Shown: positions 47,801 through 58,279, counted from the stretch's first letter. The stretch: 64,000 bases of DNA from an uncultured SAR86 cluster bacterium (GCA_902632605.1 CACPDB010000007.1:2418-66417); one strand, 5' to 3'. The notes: generated by a model not told the origin, from the letters alone. Numbers and translations: made by a program.

Positions 47801-48607
47801 TTACTTATTATTTCTTAATTTAAAAATCGCTAGCAGATTAATGCTCATGCAACACTGAAATGATTTATCTTCAAATAAGTTTACGTTTACTTCGATAAAT
47901 TCGTGACCTTTTTTTTCATAAAAATCTACAACTGACATTTCAGCTATTAAAGTAGTGCCTATGGAAACAGGCTTGTAATTTTGTGATTTTGTTTGCAGAT
48001 GAATCCATGGATTCATAAATGCATTGCCAGCTAAAATCCAGTTTGAACATCCAAGCAAAAAACATAAATTTGCATAGCCCATGTCTTTTGGTTGTAGAAG
48101 TTTAGGTAATTTTTTTTCATCAGAAAGATATATCAGAGGATTTTCTCCCCCCCATTCAAATTTGAAAGCTTTACAACCCTCATTTTTGAGCTTCTTCCAA
48201 ATTTCAAAGGAAGCAACCGGAGCTTTGAAGTTATCCCCAACTAAAGGATCGCCTCTGTAGTGAGGTGCAGGAGGCTGATTTCCTAAAAGCTGTGATTCTG
48301 CGTTAGCAATAATTATTCCTTCATGGTTTTTCAAAAAGGTATTTATGTGGCTTTGCTTATGGACCTCTGAGAAAACTTCAAAAGTCTCACCATCGTATAA
48401 AGGAGATGTAATCTTACAATTAGCATAACCTCTTTCAAGCCATTCCTCTCCTAAAGATTCGATCACTGGATGAAGTAAATATGCAGAAACTGTCACTCCA
48501 GGTACCAAGCCTCCTTTGAAACCATATTCTTTCGCTAGTTCATCGCTATGAATTTGATTCTCTGAATCTGGAGCAGTATTTAAAGCAGTTGCTTGCCAAA
48601 TATCCAT
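47801..48607 (-). CDS. MaoC-like / double hotdog-fold protein
   Basis: N-terminal NQIHSDELAKEYGFKGGLVPGV resembles the MaoC dehydratase motif (iH.D...A...GF...I.hG). 268 aa is long enough for two hotdog halves. Confidence 0.45.
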   Translation of the reverse strand: MDIWQATALNTAPDSENQIHSDELAKEYGFKGGLVPGVTVSAYLLHPVIESLGEEWLERGYANCKITSPLYDGETFEVFSEVHKQSHINTFLKNHEGIIIANAESQLLGNQPPAPHYRGDPLVGDNFKAPVASFEIWKKLKNEGCKAFKFEWGGENPLIYLSDEKKLPKLLQPKDMGYANLCFLLGCSNWILAGNAFMNPWIHLQTKSQNYKPVSIGTTLIAEMSVVDFYEKKGHEFIEVNVNLFEDKSFQCCMSINLLAIFKLRNNK

Positions 48608-48616
48608 AAAACAAAA

Positions 48617-49450
48617 CTATACTTCAGCTTTCTTTTTTTGATAAGAATTTATTGCCCCTAAAGCTAAAGGGAGAATTCCCAAGATAAATTCTCCAATAAA
48701 AATTTGATTGTAGTCTGTGCCATAAGTGTAGATTGCAATAAGATTGAATACTCCTGCAGATATGTAAACAATTCCTACTGAAAAAAACCACGCTGAGTTC
48801 AAGGTTATTACTCCAAGAATGGAGAATAAAAAAGTTGCTACAAAAAATGCAGTAAAGTCTCGAAGTAAGGCATTTCGGGCGCTTGAGTTAAGCTCATTAA
48901 AGATAAATCCAAAATCAGAGGCTGCACTAATAGGTGTAAAAATCCAATTAAGGACCAATCCTAAAATTAAATAAGCATAAATAATACCCAGAGTTCTTAT
49001 TACAAAAGAAATCTTTCTTTCTTTAGAAATAAGAATTTTAAACAAATATCCTCCAGCAAAACCTGCGACACAATGTAGAAATTTTCCAAGAATAGTCCTA
49101 TTGCCTCCTAGAACTTCTGTTTGTGTTGTAAATTCGACCAATAAAAAAAGAGTTAAACCTGTGATCAAGGCTCCTGCAATTGGATAAAGGTACTTTGTCT
49201 TTGAAATATACTTTTGAATTAAACCAACTAAAGAAAATGCTAAGGCGAATTCAATAATAATGATTCCATATAGAAGAGTTCCAAGTCTTTGAAAATCAAA
49301 TAAGATGATTTCTAAGGAAGAAAAAAAATTTACAGGCAGATTCATTGAAGAAAGCCATATTATGTTTGCAAATGATGAAATTGGAGTGGTCAAAGCTACG
49401 GTAAAAAGAGCCGCAACAAGAATTGCAAATGGATATTTTGCTATTTTCAT
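48617..49450 (-). CDS. integral membrane protein, unknown function
   Basis: 277 aa with about 8 hydrophobic segments. 4-nt overlap with the upstream dehydrogenase gene. Confidence 0.55.
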   Translation of the reverse strand: MKIAKYPFAILVAALFTVALTTPISSFANIIWLSSMNLPVNFFSSLEIILFDFQRLGTLLYGIIIIEFALAFSLVGLIQKYISKTKYLYPIAGALITGLTLFLLVEFTTQTEVLGGNRTILGKFLHCVAGFAGGYLFKILISKERKISFVIRTLGIIYAYLILGLVLNWIFTPISAASDFGFIFNELNSSARNALLRDFTAFFVATFLFSILGVITLNSAWFFSVGIVYISAGVFNLIAIYTYGTDYNQIFIGEFILGILPLALGAINSYQKKKAEV

Positions 49451-50529
49451 TCCTTAGTAGAAAGCACTTTCAATAATTTCCCCCTTCTTCCATCTGTTAA
49501 AAGATAAAGTTCACCGCTTGGGGAGAGTCCAATACTTCTCAAGCGACTATTTAGACTAGAAAAGATGGACTCTTCAGAAATAAGAGAGTTTGTCTTTTTA
49601 ATTTTTTTTACGTCTCTGGATACTAAAGCTGTGATGAGAAAACTATCTTTAAGCTCAGGGTATAAATCTCCGTCATAATAGATCATATCGGAAGGAGCTA
49701 TAGATGGTACCCAATACTTTAAGGGTTGCTCCATGCCCTCCATTTTTGTGAATGGGCTAATAACTGCGCCTGAATAATCTATACCATAAGTAATTGCAGG
49801 CCAGCCGTAATTTTTTCCTGGCTCAATTAAGTTAAATTCGTCTCCTCCTCTAGGCCCATGCTCATGTTCAAAAATTCTTCCATCATCCATGACAACAAGT
49901 CCTTGCATATTTCTATGACCGTAAGTAAATATTTCTGGAAGTATAGTTTTGTTGCCGATAAAAGGATTATCAGAGGGTACTGATCCATCTTTATTAATTC
50001 TAATTATTTTTCCAAAATGATTATCCAAACTTTGAGCTTTTTCTTTATGATCGAAACCATCACCGCTGGTTAGGAGTAAAGTTCCGTCAGAGAGAAAATC
50101 AATTTTTGCTCCCATATGAATTGGAACTCTTCTGAATGCTTTAGCTTCGAAAATAATTTTTTTGTTAATTAAAGCGTTGTTACTTAATTCAGCAGACATC
50201 AAAAAAAGAGTGGATTTTCCTCTTTCGTTTAAAGCTGAATAAGTGAGATATAAAATGTTATTCTTTTTGAAATTAGGATCTAAAACTATTTCAGATAAAC
50301 CGCCTTGGCTTGCGTATTGGACTTTAGGGGCACCTTCGACTTCAACAACTTCTCCTGACGAAATTGTTATTATTTTCACTCTTCCTGGTTGCTCTGTGAA
50401 AATTATTTGATTTTCATTTAAAAAATCAAAACTCCATGCATCATCTAGATCAGAAGCTATTGTTTTAAATTGATAGTTTGCAAATATTAAATTTACAAAA
50501 AAGATTAAACTTAAAAAATAAGATTTAAT
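49447..50529 (-). CDS. PQQ-dependent soluble aldose sugar dehydrogenase (YliI/GSDH family), probably ATT-initiated
   Basis: HRNMQGLV, HEHGPRGGDEFNLIEPGKNYGWP motifs. The reading frame stays open upstream of the listed GTG (50379) and encodes a signal peptide plus conserved N-terminal strand (IKSYFLSLIFFVNLIFANYQ..DDAWSFDFLNENQIIFTEQPGR). The only plausible start is ATT at 50529, 7 nt after AGGGGA. The 5' end is less certain than the gene call. Confidence 0.8.
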   Translation of the reverse strand: MKSYFLSLIFFVNLIFANYQFKTIASDLDDAWSFDFLNENQIIFTEQPGRVKIITISSGEVVEVEGAPKVQYASQGGLSEIVLDPNFKKNNILYLTYSALNERGKSTLFLMSAELSNNALINKKIIFEAKAFRRVPIHMGAKIDFLSDGTLLLTSGDGFDHKEKAQSLDNHFGKIIRINKDGSVPSDNPFIGNKTILPEIFTYGHRNMQGLVVMDDGRIFEHEHGPRGGDEFNLIEPGKNYGWPAITYGIDYSGAVISPFTKMEGMEQPLKYWVPSIAPSDMIYYDGDLYPELKDSFLITALVSRDVKKIKKTNSLISEESIFSSLNSRLRSIGLSPSGELYLLTDGRRGKLLKVLSTKE

Positions 50530-50637
50530 TTTTGTTTCCCCTGCGTAAAAAATGACAGTATAACTGTCAAAAGTTTATAAGTCTTAATTTTTTTGAAGTT
50601 ATAATGATAAGTTTAATGACTATAATTATTCAATTAA

Positions 50638-51858
50638 ATGAAATTTGAGCACTCTAAAAAAACCACTGATCTCATAAAAAAAGTATCTGATTTTATGCAG
50701 GAAAATGTATATCCAGCAGAAGAGAAATATGCTGCGGAAATGAAGGCTTTTCGTACAGCTGGAAATCCATGGCAAGTTCCAAAAGTAATAAATGAATTAA
50801 AACAAAAGGCAAAAAGTTTGGGTCTATGGAATTTTTTCTTGCCTGAAAGTGAAAATGGTTATGGTTTAACCAACTTAGAGTATGCTCCGCTAGCTGAGTT
50901 GATGGGTAAAGTAAGCTTTGCTTCAGAGATATTTAATTGTTCCGCGCCAGATACAGGAAACATGGAAGTGTTGGATAAATTTGGATCAGATTATCAAAAA
51001 GAGAAATGGTTGCGCCCTCTCCTAGATGGCGAAATTAGATCAGCCTTTGCGATGACAGAACCGAGAGTGGCGTCCTCAGATGCGACCAATATAGAAAGTA
51101 AAATTGAAGAGGACGGCGACGAATATGTAATCAATGGCGAAAAGTGGTGGACTTCTGGATTTGGCAGACCTGATTGCAAGATAATGATTTTTATGGGTGT
51201 AACAAACCCAGAGAATCCTAAGCATCAAAGACAATCTCAGATTCTCATTCCAACAGATGCCAAGGGAATTAAAAATCTTAGGATGTTAACTGTCTATGGT
51301 GCAGATCATGCCCCTAATGGTCATGCGCATCTTAAATTTACCAATGTAAGAGTTCCCAAAGAAAACTTAATTTTAGGAGAAGGCAGAGGTTTTGAGATAG
51401 CCCAAGGAAGACTAGGTCCAGGTAGAATTCATCACTGCATGCGAATCATTGGAGTTGCTGAAAGAGCTTTGGACTTACTATGCAAACGCTCATTAAATAG
51501 AAAAGCCTTTGGAAAGCCTTTAGCAGAACTAGGAGGAAATTATGATGTTATCGCTGACTGCAGGATAGAAATTGAAATGTGTCGATTAATGACCTTAAAG
51601 GCAGCTCACATGATGGATACTGCTGGAAATAAAATTGCTAAAAGTGAAATTGCCCAGATTAAAGTTGCCATTCCTTTAATGGCAACTAGAGTAATTGATA
51701 AAGCCATTCAAATTCATGGCGGTGCGGGAGTTTCACAGGATACGCCCCTAGCAAGCTTATATGCTTCTGTTAGATATTTAAGAATTGGTGATGGTCCCGA
51801 TGAAGTTCATCGACGCACAGTTGCAAGATATGAACTAGGAAAACACGAATCTTTATAA
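50638..51858 (+). CDS. acyl-CoA dehydrogenase
   Basis: 406 aa. AFAMTEP..ASSDA, GEKWW.SG and IHGGAG motifs of the ACAD family. Confidence 0.92.
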   Translation: MKFEHSKKTTDLIKKVSDFMQENVYPAEEKYAAEMKAFRTAGNPWQVPKVINELKQKAKSLGLWNFFLPESENGYGLTNLEYAPLAELMGKVSFASEIFNCSAPDTGNMEVLDKFGSDYQKEKWLRPLLDGEIRSAFAMTEPRVASSDATNIESKIEEDGDEYVINGEKWWTSGFGRPDCKIMIFMGVTNPENPKHQRQSQILIPTDAKGIKNLRMLTVYGADHAPNGHAHLKFTNVRVPKENLILGEGRGFEIAQGRLGPGRIHHCMRIIGVAERALDLLCKRSLNRKAFGKPLAELGGNYDVIADCRIEIEMCRLMTLKAAHMMDTAGNKIAKSEIAQIKVAIPLMATRVIDKAIQIHGGAGVSQDTPLASLYASVRYLRIGDGPDEVHRRTVARYELGKHESL

Positions 51859-51875
51859 AGTATATAATAGTAATT

Positions 51876-52403
51876 ATGTTGGCTTTTAAAGAACAAAACT
51901 GCGAACTTACTCTGGCTGAAGGTCTAGAGATTTATCTGAATTATTTAAAAGAAAATAACAAAAAAATTGGAACTGACGGTTCGGATGATGATTATAAGAT
52001 TTGGCAATGTCACGATTGCACTCATGTCATTTTTGGTAATGGTGCTACTTTTGAAGAAGAATCCATAAATGATCTGCATGGACTTATTTTGTGTTCCTAT
52101 AAATGGAAAGATTATTTTGCTTATTTTGAAGATCCTTTTTTAAAAAATCACATGAAATATTTATGGAAAGAAGTAGGTTTCAAAAAGACAGTGATTTCCA
52201 TGTTTTATGCTTATAAATCTCTTTTTGGTATTCTAAAAATGAGATTTAGAATGAAGAAAAAATGGCCTCTAAAAGTTCCAGAATCCTACTTGACGAGGAA
52301 AATTTGCGATTTAAGAGAGGAATACGGAATACAAATACTTTCTGAAAAACAAAGACCTAAAAATTTTATCGAATGGTCTGGTTCAATCAAAAACCCTAGG
52401 TGA
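51876..52403 (+). CDS. COQ4-like metal-motif protein, paralogue 1
   Basis: 175 aa. CHDCTHVIFGNGATFEEE fits HDxxH-x10-12-E, the zinc-ligand motif of the COQ4 family. Alignable along its whole length with the 53631..54161 product. Confidence 0.6.
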   Translation: MLAFKEQNCELTLAEGLEIYLNYLKENNKKIGTDGSDDDYKIWQCHDCTHVIFGNGATFEEESINDLHGLILCSYKWKDYFAYFEDPFLKNHMKYLWKEVGFKKTVISMFYAYKSLFGILKMRFRMKKKWPLKVPESYLTRKICDLREEYGIQILSEKQRPKNFIEWSGSIKNPR

Positions 52404-53191
52404 TGTTTCCTTCAAATATCTGGCTTTACATTCTTCTTTTTGTAATTGTCGGTGTGATTTTGAGCTTTCCTTTTAAATCAAAATTTCAAAAAAACTTTTT
52501 TTTAGCAAATGGCAAGGTTGTTGATTTACCAATGATGTTAAGCTTTTTGATGATTTGGGGAAGTATATATTTAGGCTTTCAAGCAGAGGCTGATAGTTGG
52601 AAAGATTACAGACAAGGTATTTTTAATGTAGCAGGTTTAGAAGGTGATAATCACCCTGCTGGGATAATTTTAAGTAAGTCAAATTCTAAATCAGAATTAA
52701 TAGATAATTTATTTGAAGAGCAATCGTACTATAAAGCTTATGAAGGTTTTACGTTAGAAAAATGGAAAGAAAATGGTTGTGTTTATCCAAAATTGAATGG
52801 AAGCTGCGATGATCGTGCAAAAAAAATATTTAAAGAAATTGAAATTATAGTCTCTGATTTATTTCCTAGAAAAGCTGAGTTTTTTGAGACGCAGACACAT
52901 TATTTCAATCTAGCGGAATATAGAAATCCCAATGCAATGTATTTTCAATACTTTTTTATTTTTGTATTTTTAATAATTTTGTTGATACACATTCAAGGAT
53001 CAAATCTAATCTGGGGGATAATTCAAACAATTTTTCGAGTGCCGGTTATGGGTCCCCTTGCAGGAGCTTTAATTATTTTCAACTTGTTTTCTTCTGCAAA
53101 AAGTGCAGAGAAAGCCATCGAAACTAAGAAAAAAGGGAAAGCAATTTCTGAAGGTATAAAGAAATCAAAAAGAGAAAAATATGATATCTGA
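52400..53191 (+). CDS. membrane protein, unknown function
   Basis: 263 aa. Two N-terminal and two or three C-terminal hydrophobic segments flank a ~110-aa soluble loop, with a Lys-rich tail. 4-nt overlap with the preceding gene. Confidence 0.55.
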   Translation: MMFPSNIWLYILLFVIVGVILSFPFKSKFQKNFFLANGKVVDLPMMLSFLMIWGSIYLGFQAEADSWKDYRQGIFNVAGLEGDNHPAGIILSKSNSKSELIDNLFEEQSYYKAYEGFTLEKWKENGCVYPKLNGSCDDRAKKIFKEIEIIVSDLFPRKAEFFETQTHYFNLAEYRNPNAMYFQYFFIFVFLIILLIHIQGSNLIWGIIQTIFRVPVMGPLAGALIIFNLFSSAKSAEKAIETKKKGKAISEGIKKSKREKYDI

Positions 53192-53603
53192 AAAAGAAAA
53201 TAATGATTTTAGCGATAAAGGTTCTTTTCTTTGTGCATTTTTAGCTTTGATACTTGGACCTTTAGGAGTTCATAAGTTTTATGTTGGTAGGATAAAGTCT
53301 GGGTTCCTTCATATTCTCGCTTCTTTTTTTATTATCGGCATTCCATTAGCAATGTTTGATCTATATCAAATCTTTAAAGGAAATTTTATTGACGTTAATG
53401 GTAAAAAACTCAGACCCATGCCTATTTTAGTTAAAGGCACTTACCAAGAAAGAGTAGAAGCAAATAAAGAGTGGATAGACAACAGTGCCTTTGGAAAATG
53501 GATTAAAAGAAATGAACTTTCATCAAGAGAAAAAGAATTGCTCAAAAAAGGAGATGTCAAAGGAGCCTTTGAAGAAGTTCAGAAGAGAAAGGATGAAAGC
53601 TAA
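53181..53603 (+). CDS. TM2-domain membrane protein
   Basis: FLCAFLALILGPLGVHKFYVGRIKSGFLHILASFFIIGIPLAMFD matches the TM2 two-helix pattern (GxxGxHxFYxG). 11-nt overlap with the preceding gene. Confidence 0.68.
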   Translation: MISEKENNDFSDKGSFLCAFLALILGPLGVHKFYVGRIKSGFLHILASFFIIGIPLAMFDLYQIFKGNFIDVNGKKLRPMPILVKGTYQERVEANKEWIDNSAFGKWIKRNELSSREKELLKKGDVKGAFEEVQKRKDES

Positions 53604-53630
53604 CCAGAAACTCTAATTTATAATAATTAC

Positions 53631-54161
53631 ATGCTCATTTATCAACAAGAATCTTGCGAACTGACTTTGAAAGAAGGAATTGAAGAATATCGAAGTTATT
53701 TAAGAGAAAATAATCGCCACGTATTAGGTGAAAATTGCTCAGAAGACGAAAAATTTAATATCTTATGTCATGATGCAACTCATGTGATTTTTGGTTTGGA
53801 TACTTCTTTGGAGGAAGAAGCCATGCTGGACTGCTGGATATTTTTTGGTGGCGATTACTTTAAAGTTTCGATGGAATATTTTAAAGGCTCCTTAGATATA
53901 AAAGAAACAAATGAAAAAGTTTTTGACCTTCTTAAGGAAGTTGGATATTTGAAATATACTTATCTGTACTTAAGAGTGGTATTCCGAAAATGGCCCAAGA
54001 TTTTTTTTAGAACCAGAAAGATGAAAAAATGGTCTTACTTTTTTCCTTCAGACTTTCTTGAAAAGAAAATCTCAGACCTCAGAAAAGACTTCAATATAAG
54101 GATACTTTCTCCTGAAGAAAGAAAAATGAAGAAAGTCATTTGGCACCGAGCTATTTCTTAA
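53631..54161 (+). CDS. COQ4-like metal-motif protein, paralogue 2
   Basis: 176 aa. CHDATHVIFGLDTSLEEE. Shares ML......CELTL.EG.E.Y..YL.ENN, KEVG, MKKW and DLR.....I.ILS with paralogue 1. Confidence 0.6.
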   Translation: MLIYQQESCELTLKEGIEEYRSYLRENNRHVLGENCSEDEKFNILCHDATHVIFGLDTSLEEEAMLDCWIFFGGDYFKVSMEYFKGSLDIKETNEKVFDLLKEVGYLKYTYLYLRVVFRKWPKIFFRTRKMKKWSYFFPSDFLEKKISDLRKDFNIRILSPEERKMKKVIWHRAIS

Positions 54162-54173
54162 TTTATTGAAACT

Positions 54174-54250
<77 letters not shown>

Positions 54251-54277
54251 TTATGTTTTTAATCATTCTGAGTGAAT

Positions 54278-56059
54278 TTATTCGTCTAAGAAAGTTTTAA
54301 GATGACCTGATCTAGATGGATGTCTAAGCTTTCTTAAGGCTTTAGCCTCAATCTGTCTAATCCTTTCTCTGGTTACATCAAATTGTTTACCAACCTCTTC
54401 CAAAGTGTGGTCGGTATTCATTCCAATCCCAAATCTCATTCTCAATACTTTAGCCTCTCTAGCAGTTAAACTAGATAAAACGCCATCTGTAGCATCATGA
54501 AGATTATTTTCTGTGGCAGCATCTATCGGGGAATCCTGAAGCGGATCTTCAATAAAGTCTCCTAAAGTAGTGTCGTCTTCATCCCCTATTGGTGTTTCAG
54601 TTGAAATAGGTTCTTTGGCAATTTTTAAAACTTTTCTGATTTTTTCTTCTGGCATATCCATTTTTTCAGAAAGTTCTTCTGGTGTTGGTTCCTTACCTTG
54701 TTCTTGCAGCATTTGACGAGAAATTCTATTCAATTTGTTGATAGTCTCAATCATATGCACTGGAATTCGAATGGTTCTTGCTTGATCTGCAATCGATCTG
54801 GTAATCGCCTGCCTAATCCACCAAGTAGCATAAGTTGAAAATTTGTATCCCCTTCTGTATTCAAATTTATCGACCGCCTTCATTAAACCAATATTTCCTT
54901 CTTGAATAAGATCTAAGAATTGAAGCCCTCTATTTGTGTATTTTTTTGCAATTGAAATAACCAATCTTAGATTGGCTTCTATCATGTCTTTCTTTGCTCT
55001 TCGAATTTTGGTTTCACCCTTTGCCATTTTAGAAGTAATATCCTTGAGCTCTGTTACCGTCATGCCAACGTTATCCGTAAGATTCATAATTCTTTTTTGG
55101 ATTTTATTTACATCGGGTTTCACATCTTTAAGGAGCTTCGCATAGTTTTTCTTAGAACGAATAGTGCTGTCGAGAAACTTCAAATTAGTTTGATTTTCTT
55201 TAAAGATTTCCAAGAAGTCCTTTCTTGGCATGTTGCAGTCTTGAGTGCAAATATCATAGATTTCTCTTTCTGAGTCTCTTATAGCTTTTGCTAGGGCTCT
55301 TGCAGTTAAGGAGATGGTTTCAAATCGTTTAGGTGATAACTTGAGAAACTTAAAATGTTCTCCTAACTTATCAAGGTCTTTTTGAGCTTTGTCGTTATCT
55401 CTGCCCGAAGAAGCAATGCTTTTCTGAGATTTGTTGTACTGTCTTTTAATAGAAGAGAATCTTTTAGCAAGTTCTTCCATATTAATACCTACATCTTCTT
55501 CCTCAGCATTTGCCTCATCGGAAACTTCCTGAGATGAAGGCGGGAGGTCTTCTTCCTCGTCCATAAAACCCACAACTAAGTCTGTGATTCTTTTATCTTC
55601 TTTTTTGATTAATTCGTATTCCAATAGAACATCTTCAATGATTCCAGGATAAAAAGCGCAAGCATGAAGTAATTCTCTTGCTCCTTCTTCTATACGTTTG
55701 GCAATCGCAATCTCCCCTTCTCTAGTGAGAAGGTCAACAGAGCCCATTTCTCTCATGTAAAGTCTAACTGGATCTGTAGTTCTGCCAACCTCCGACTCAA
55801 TGGTGCCCATTTCATTTTCAGTTGGTGTCTCAGGAGTATCTTGATTCGCGGAAGAAAAATTAGAACCTTCTTCAGGAGCCTCTTCTAAAACTTGGAGACC
55901 TAAATCACTTATTATCTGAATAACTTCTTCTAGCTGATCTGGATCAGAAACTTCATCGGGTAAGTAATCGTTTATGTCAGCAAAGGTGATATATCCTTGT
56001 TCTCTACCTTTTTCGATGAGCTCTCTCAGCCCACTATTCTCTAAATCGTCGTCAATCAT
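54278..56059 (-). CDS. rpoD: RNA polymerase sigma-70
   Basis: 593 aa. Regions 1.1 to 4.2, including [37 protein letters not shown] and the C-terminal [30 protein letters not shown]. Confidence 0.97.
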   Translation of the reverse strand: MIDDDLENSGLRELIEKGREQGYITFADINDYLPDEVSDPDQLEEVIQIISDLGLQVLEEAPEEGSNFSSANQDTPETPTENEMGTIESEVGRTTDPVRLYMREMGSVDLLTREGEIAIAKRIEEGARELLHACAFYPGIIEDVLLEYELIKKEDKRITDLVVGFMDEEEDLPPSSQEVSDEANAEEEDVGINMEELAKRFSSIKRQYNKSQKSIASSGRDNDKAQKDLDKLGEHFKFLKLSPKRFETISLTARALAKAIRDSEREIYDICTQDCNMPRKDFLEIFKENQTNLKFLDSTIRSKKNYAKLLKDVKPDVNKIQKRIMNLTDNVGMTVTELKDITSKMAKGETKIRRAKKDMIEANLRLVISIAKKYTNRGLQFLDLIQEGNIGLMKAVDKFEYRRGYKFSTYATWWIRQAITRSIADQARTIRIPVHMIETINKLNRISRQMLQEQGKEPTPEELSEKMDMPEEKIRKVLKIAKEPISTETPIGDEDDTTLGDFIEDPLQDSPIDAATENNLHDATDGVLSSLTAREAKVLRMRFGIGMNTDHTLEEVGKQFDVTRERIRQIEAKALRKLRHPSRSGHLKTFLDE

Positions 56060-56115
56060 ATTTTGGGAAGTTGATTATATATAAGTTTGAAAGTCTTAAC
56101 TATTATTTTTATCAA

Positions 56116-57864
56116 TTAGAGCTTTTTAAATAAGGAAAGTTCATCCTCAGTAAGTTGTTCAAATTTAGAAGTAAGAAGTTTTTTAAGCTCTATTTTTTCT
56201 TTGGAATCCAAGTCATTTTTTTCATACTTTATCTTTAATTTTTGGAGAAGATTATCTCCTTGATTTCTTTCAATATAGTCAACTGCTTGTTTTATGAACT
56301 TCAAACCCTCATCGGGACTAATTAAGTTTTGATCGTTTGATAGGTCAATTAAGATGTTTTTTTGATCAGGAAATTCTTGAATGATCATTGGAAAAGATAC
56401 ATCTGATTTAGCTCTTAAAAAAGAAATTAAGGGACTAATTAAGAATTCGTTATTATCTATAAAATAATCTAGGTATTCGGATTTAGCTAAATCTGGATTA
56501 TGAATAATGCATTTTAGTAAGCTCTTAGTTACCTTACTCAAATCCATTTGTATGTCTTCTGATTGAGAGTGTTTTTTTGCTGCTGGCTTTGATGGTGAAA
56601 TCTCGCTGAGATCTATATCCATTTTTTTTGAAAACTCATTGATCAAAATACTTTTAAAATTACCTTCTTGCATTGGTTTCACTAGAGAAACAAACTCCTT
56701 TGATGCTGCAGCTTTTCCTTCTAAAGAACTGTCATGTTTTTTTAGAATGCTTTCAAATAAATAGTCCGAAAGATTCGTTGCATCATTTATTAGCTTAGGT
56801 AATTCTTCTTTTCCTTTTTCTAACAACAAACTTGCTGGATCATGTTCATTTGGTAGGAATAAGAACTTAACTTTTTTGCCATCTTTTACAACTGGAATAG
56901 CTATTTCGAGAGCTAATTTTGATGCATTTCTACCCGCCTCGTCTCCATCAAAACAAAAAATAACTTCATCTGTCTTTTGAAAAAGTGTTTCTAAGTGAAA
57001 TTTATTAGTCGCTATTCCAAGTGTTGCAACGGCAATGGGTAAATCGAAACTAAAGCAAGCTAAGACATCCATATAACCTTCCACTACCAAAATCTGAGTT
57101 GGTCTTGAGTTTCTTGCTAAAACATTTGGAAGGCCGTACAGCTCTCTACTTTTTTTGAATACTTCAGATTCTGGGGTATTAAGATATTTAGGCTGAACTT
57201 CATCATCTAAAACTCTTCCTCCAAACCCAACAATTTTGTTTCTTCGAGAAGCAATGGGAAAAATCAATCTATTTCTAAAAACATCATACTTTCTTTCGTT
57301 TTTTGCGATTTTAAAAAGTTTAGAAGATTCCTTAGCTTCAATCTTTTGTGATTCAAAATGTTTAACAAGATTGTCCCAGCCTTCCAAACTTAAACCCAAT
57401 TCAAACTCTTTTGAAATTTCCTCTGAAATTCCTCTTTCTTTCAAATAAGATCTAATTTTTTCTCCCTCCTTGGGTTTTAAAAGATTATTTTTGTAAAAGT
57501 TTTTCGCCTCATCATTAAAACGAAATAATTCATCAAATTTTTCCCTGTCATAATTTGATTTAGTCCTTGGAATTTCCAAACCAAGGTTTTTGGCTAAAAT
57601 TTCCACAGCTCCAACAAAATCTTTTGACTGATAATTCATTAAAAAGCCAATAGCATTTCCTGAGGCTCTGCACTTAAAACAATAGTAAAACTGCTTTTGA
57701 TCACTAACGCTAAATGACGGATTGCTGCCATCATCACAGAAAGGACACTGCGCCCAATGGTCTTTGCCTTTTCTTTTTAAAGGAACATAAGAATCAACCA
57801 ATGAGATAATATCTGAGTCCTCGAGAACTTTTTGGATAAAATCTTCTGGAATGAAGTCAGACAT
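56116..57864 (-). CDS. dnaG: DNA primase
   Basis: Zinc ribbon (CPFC...C.KC), TOPRIM (VVEGYMD, FDGDEAG), 582 aa. Immediately upstream of rpoD. Confidence 0.95.
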   Translation of the reverse strand: MSDFIPEDFIQKVLEDSDIISLVDSYVPLKRKGKDHWAQCPFCDDGSNPSFSVSDQKQFYYCFKCRASGNAIGFLMNYQSKDFVGAVEILAKNLGLEIPRTKSNYDREKFDELFRFNDEAKNFYKNNLLKPKEGEKIRSYLKERGISEEISKEFELGLSLEGWDNLVKHFESQKIEAKESSKLFKIAKNERKYDVFRNRLIFPIASRRNKIVGFGGRVLDDEVQPKYLNTPESEVFKKSRELYGLPNVLARNSRPTQILVVEGYMDVLACFSFDLPIAVATLGIATNKFHLETLFQKTDEVIFCFDGDEAGRNASKLALEIAIPVVKDGKKVKFLFLPNEHDPASLLLEKGKEELPKLINDATNLSDYLFESILKKHDSSLEGKAAASKEFVSLVKPMQEGNFKSILINEFSKKMDIDLSEISPSKPAAKKHSQSEDIQMDLSKVTKSLLKCIIHNPDLAKSEYLDYFIDNNEFLISPLISFLRAKSDVSFPMIIQEFPDQKNILIDLSNDQNLISPDEGLKFIKQAVDYIERNQGDNLLQKLKIKYEKNDLDSKEKIELKKLLTSKFEQLTEDELSLFKKL

Positions 57865-58279
57865 TTTTACTTTTGCCTCTCAACCAAGATTCTAAAATAA
57901 CCTGAGCAGCTAAAGCATCAATTCCAGGGTTAGGTTGTGATTTATTTTTTTTAATTATATCCATTTTTTGCTTTGCTTCGAAAGAGGATAGTCTTTCGTC
58001 ATGAAGTTTACATTCTATCTTTAGCGATTTTTCAATTTTTTTCTGAAAACTTCTAACCTCTTTAGACATTTTACTTTCTGTATCATCCATATTTATTGGG
58101 AGACCCAAAATAATCAATTTTATTTCCCACTCATTCACTAAATCTTGTATTTCTTGAAAGAGGTTTTTTTGATTTGTGTAAATAATTGTTCCTTGGGTAG
58201 AGGAACTGTAAGTAATGTCATTACCAACAGCATAACCGATATACTTTTGTCCGTAATCTATGCCTAAGATATTTGCCAT
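57857..58279 (-). CDS. ruvX: pre-16S rRNA nuclease / Holliday-junction-resolvase-like YqgF
   Basis: ILGIDYGQKYIGYAV, GLP.NMD and DERLSS motifs. 140 aa. Confidence 0.9.
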   Translation of the reverse strand: MANILGIDYGQKYIGYAVGNDITYSSSTQGTIIYTNQKNLFQEIQDLVNEWEIKLIILGLPINMDDTESKMSKEVRSFQKKIEKSLKIECKLHDERLSSFEAKQKMDIIKKNKSQPNPGIDALAAQVILESWLRGKSKNV

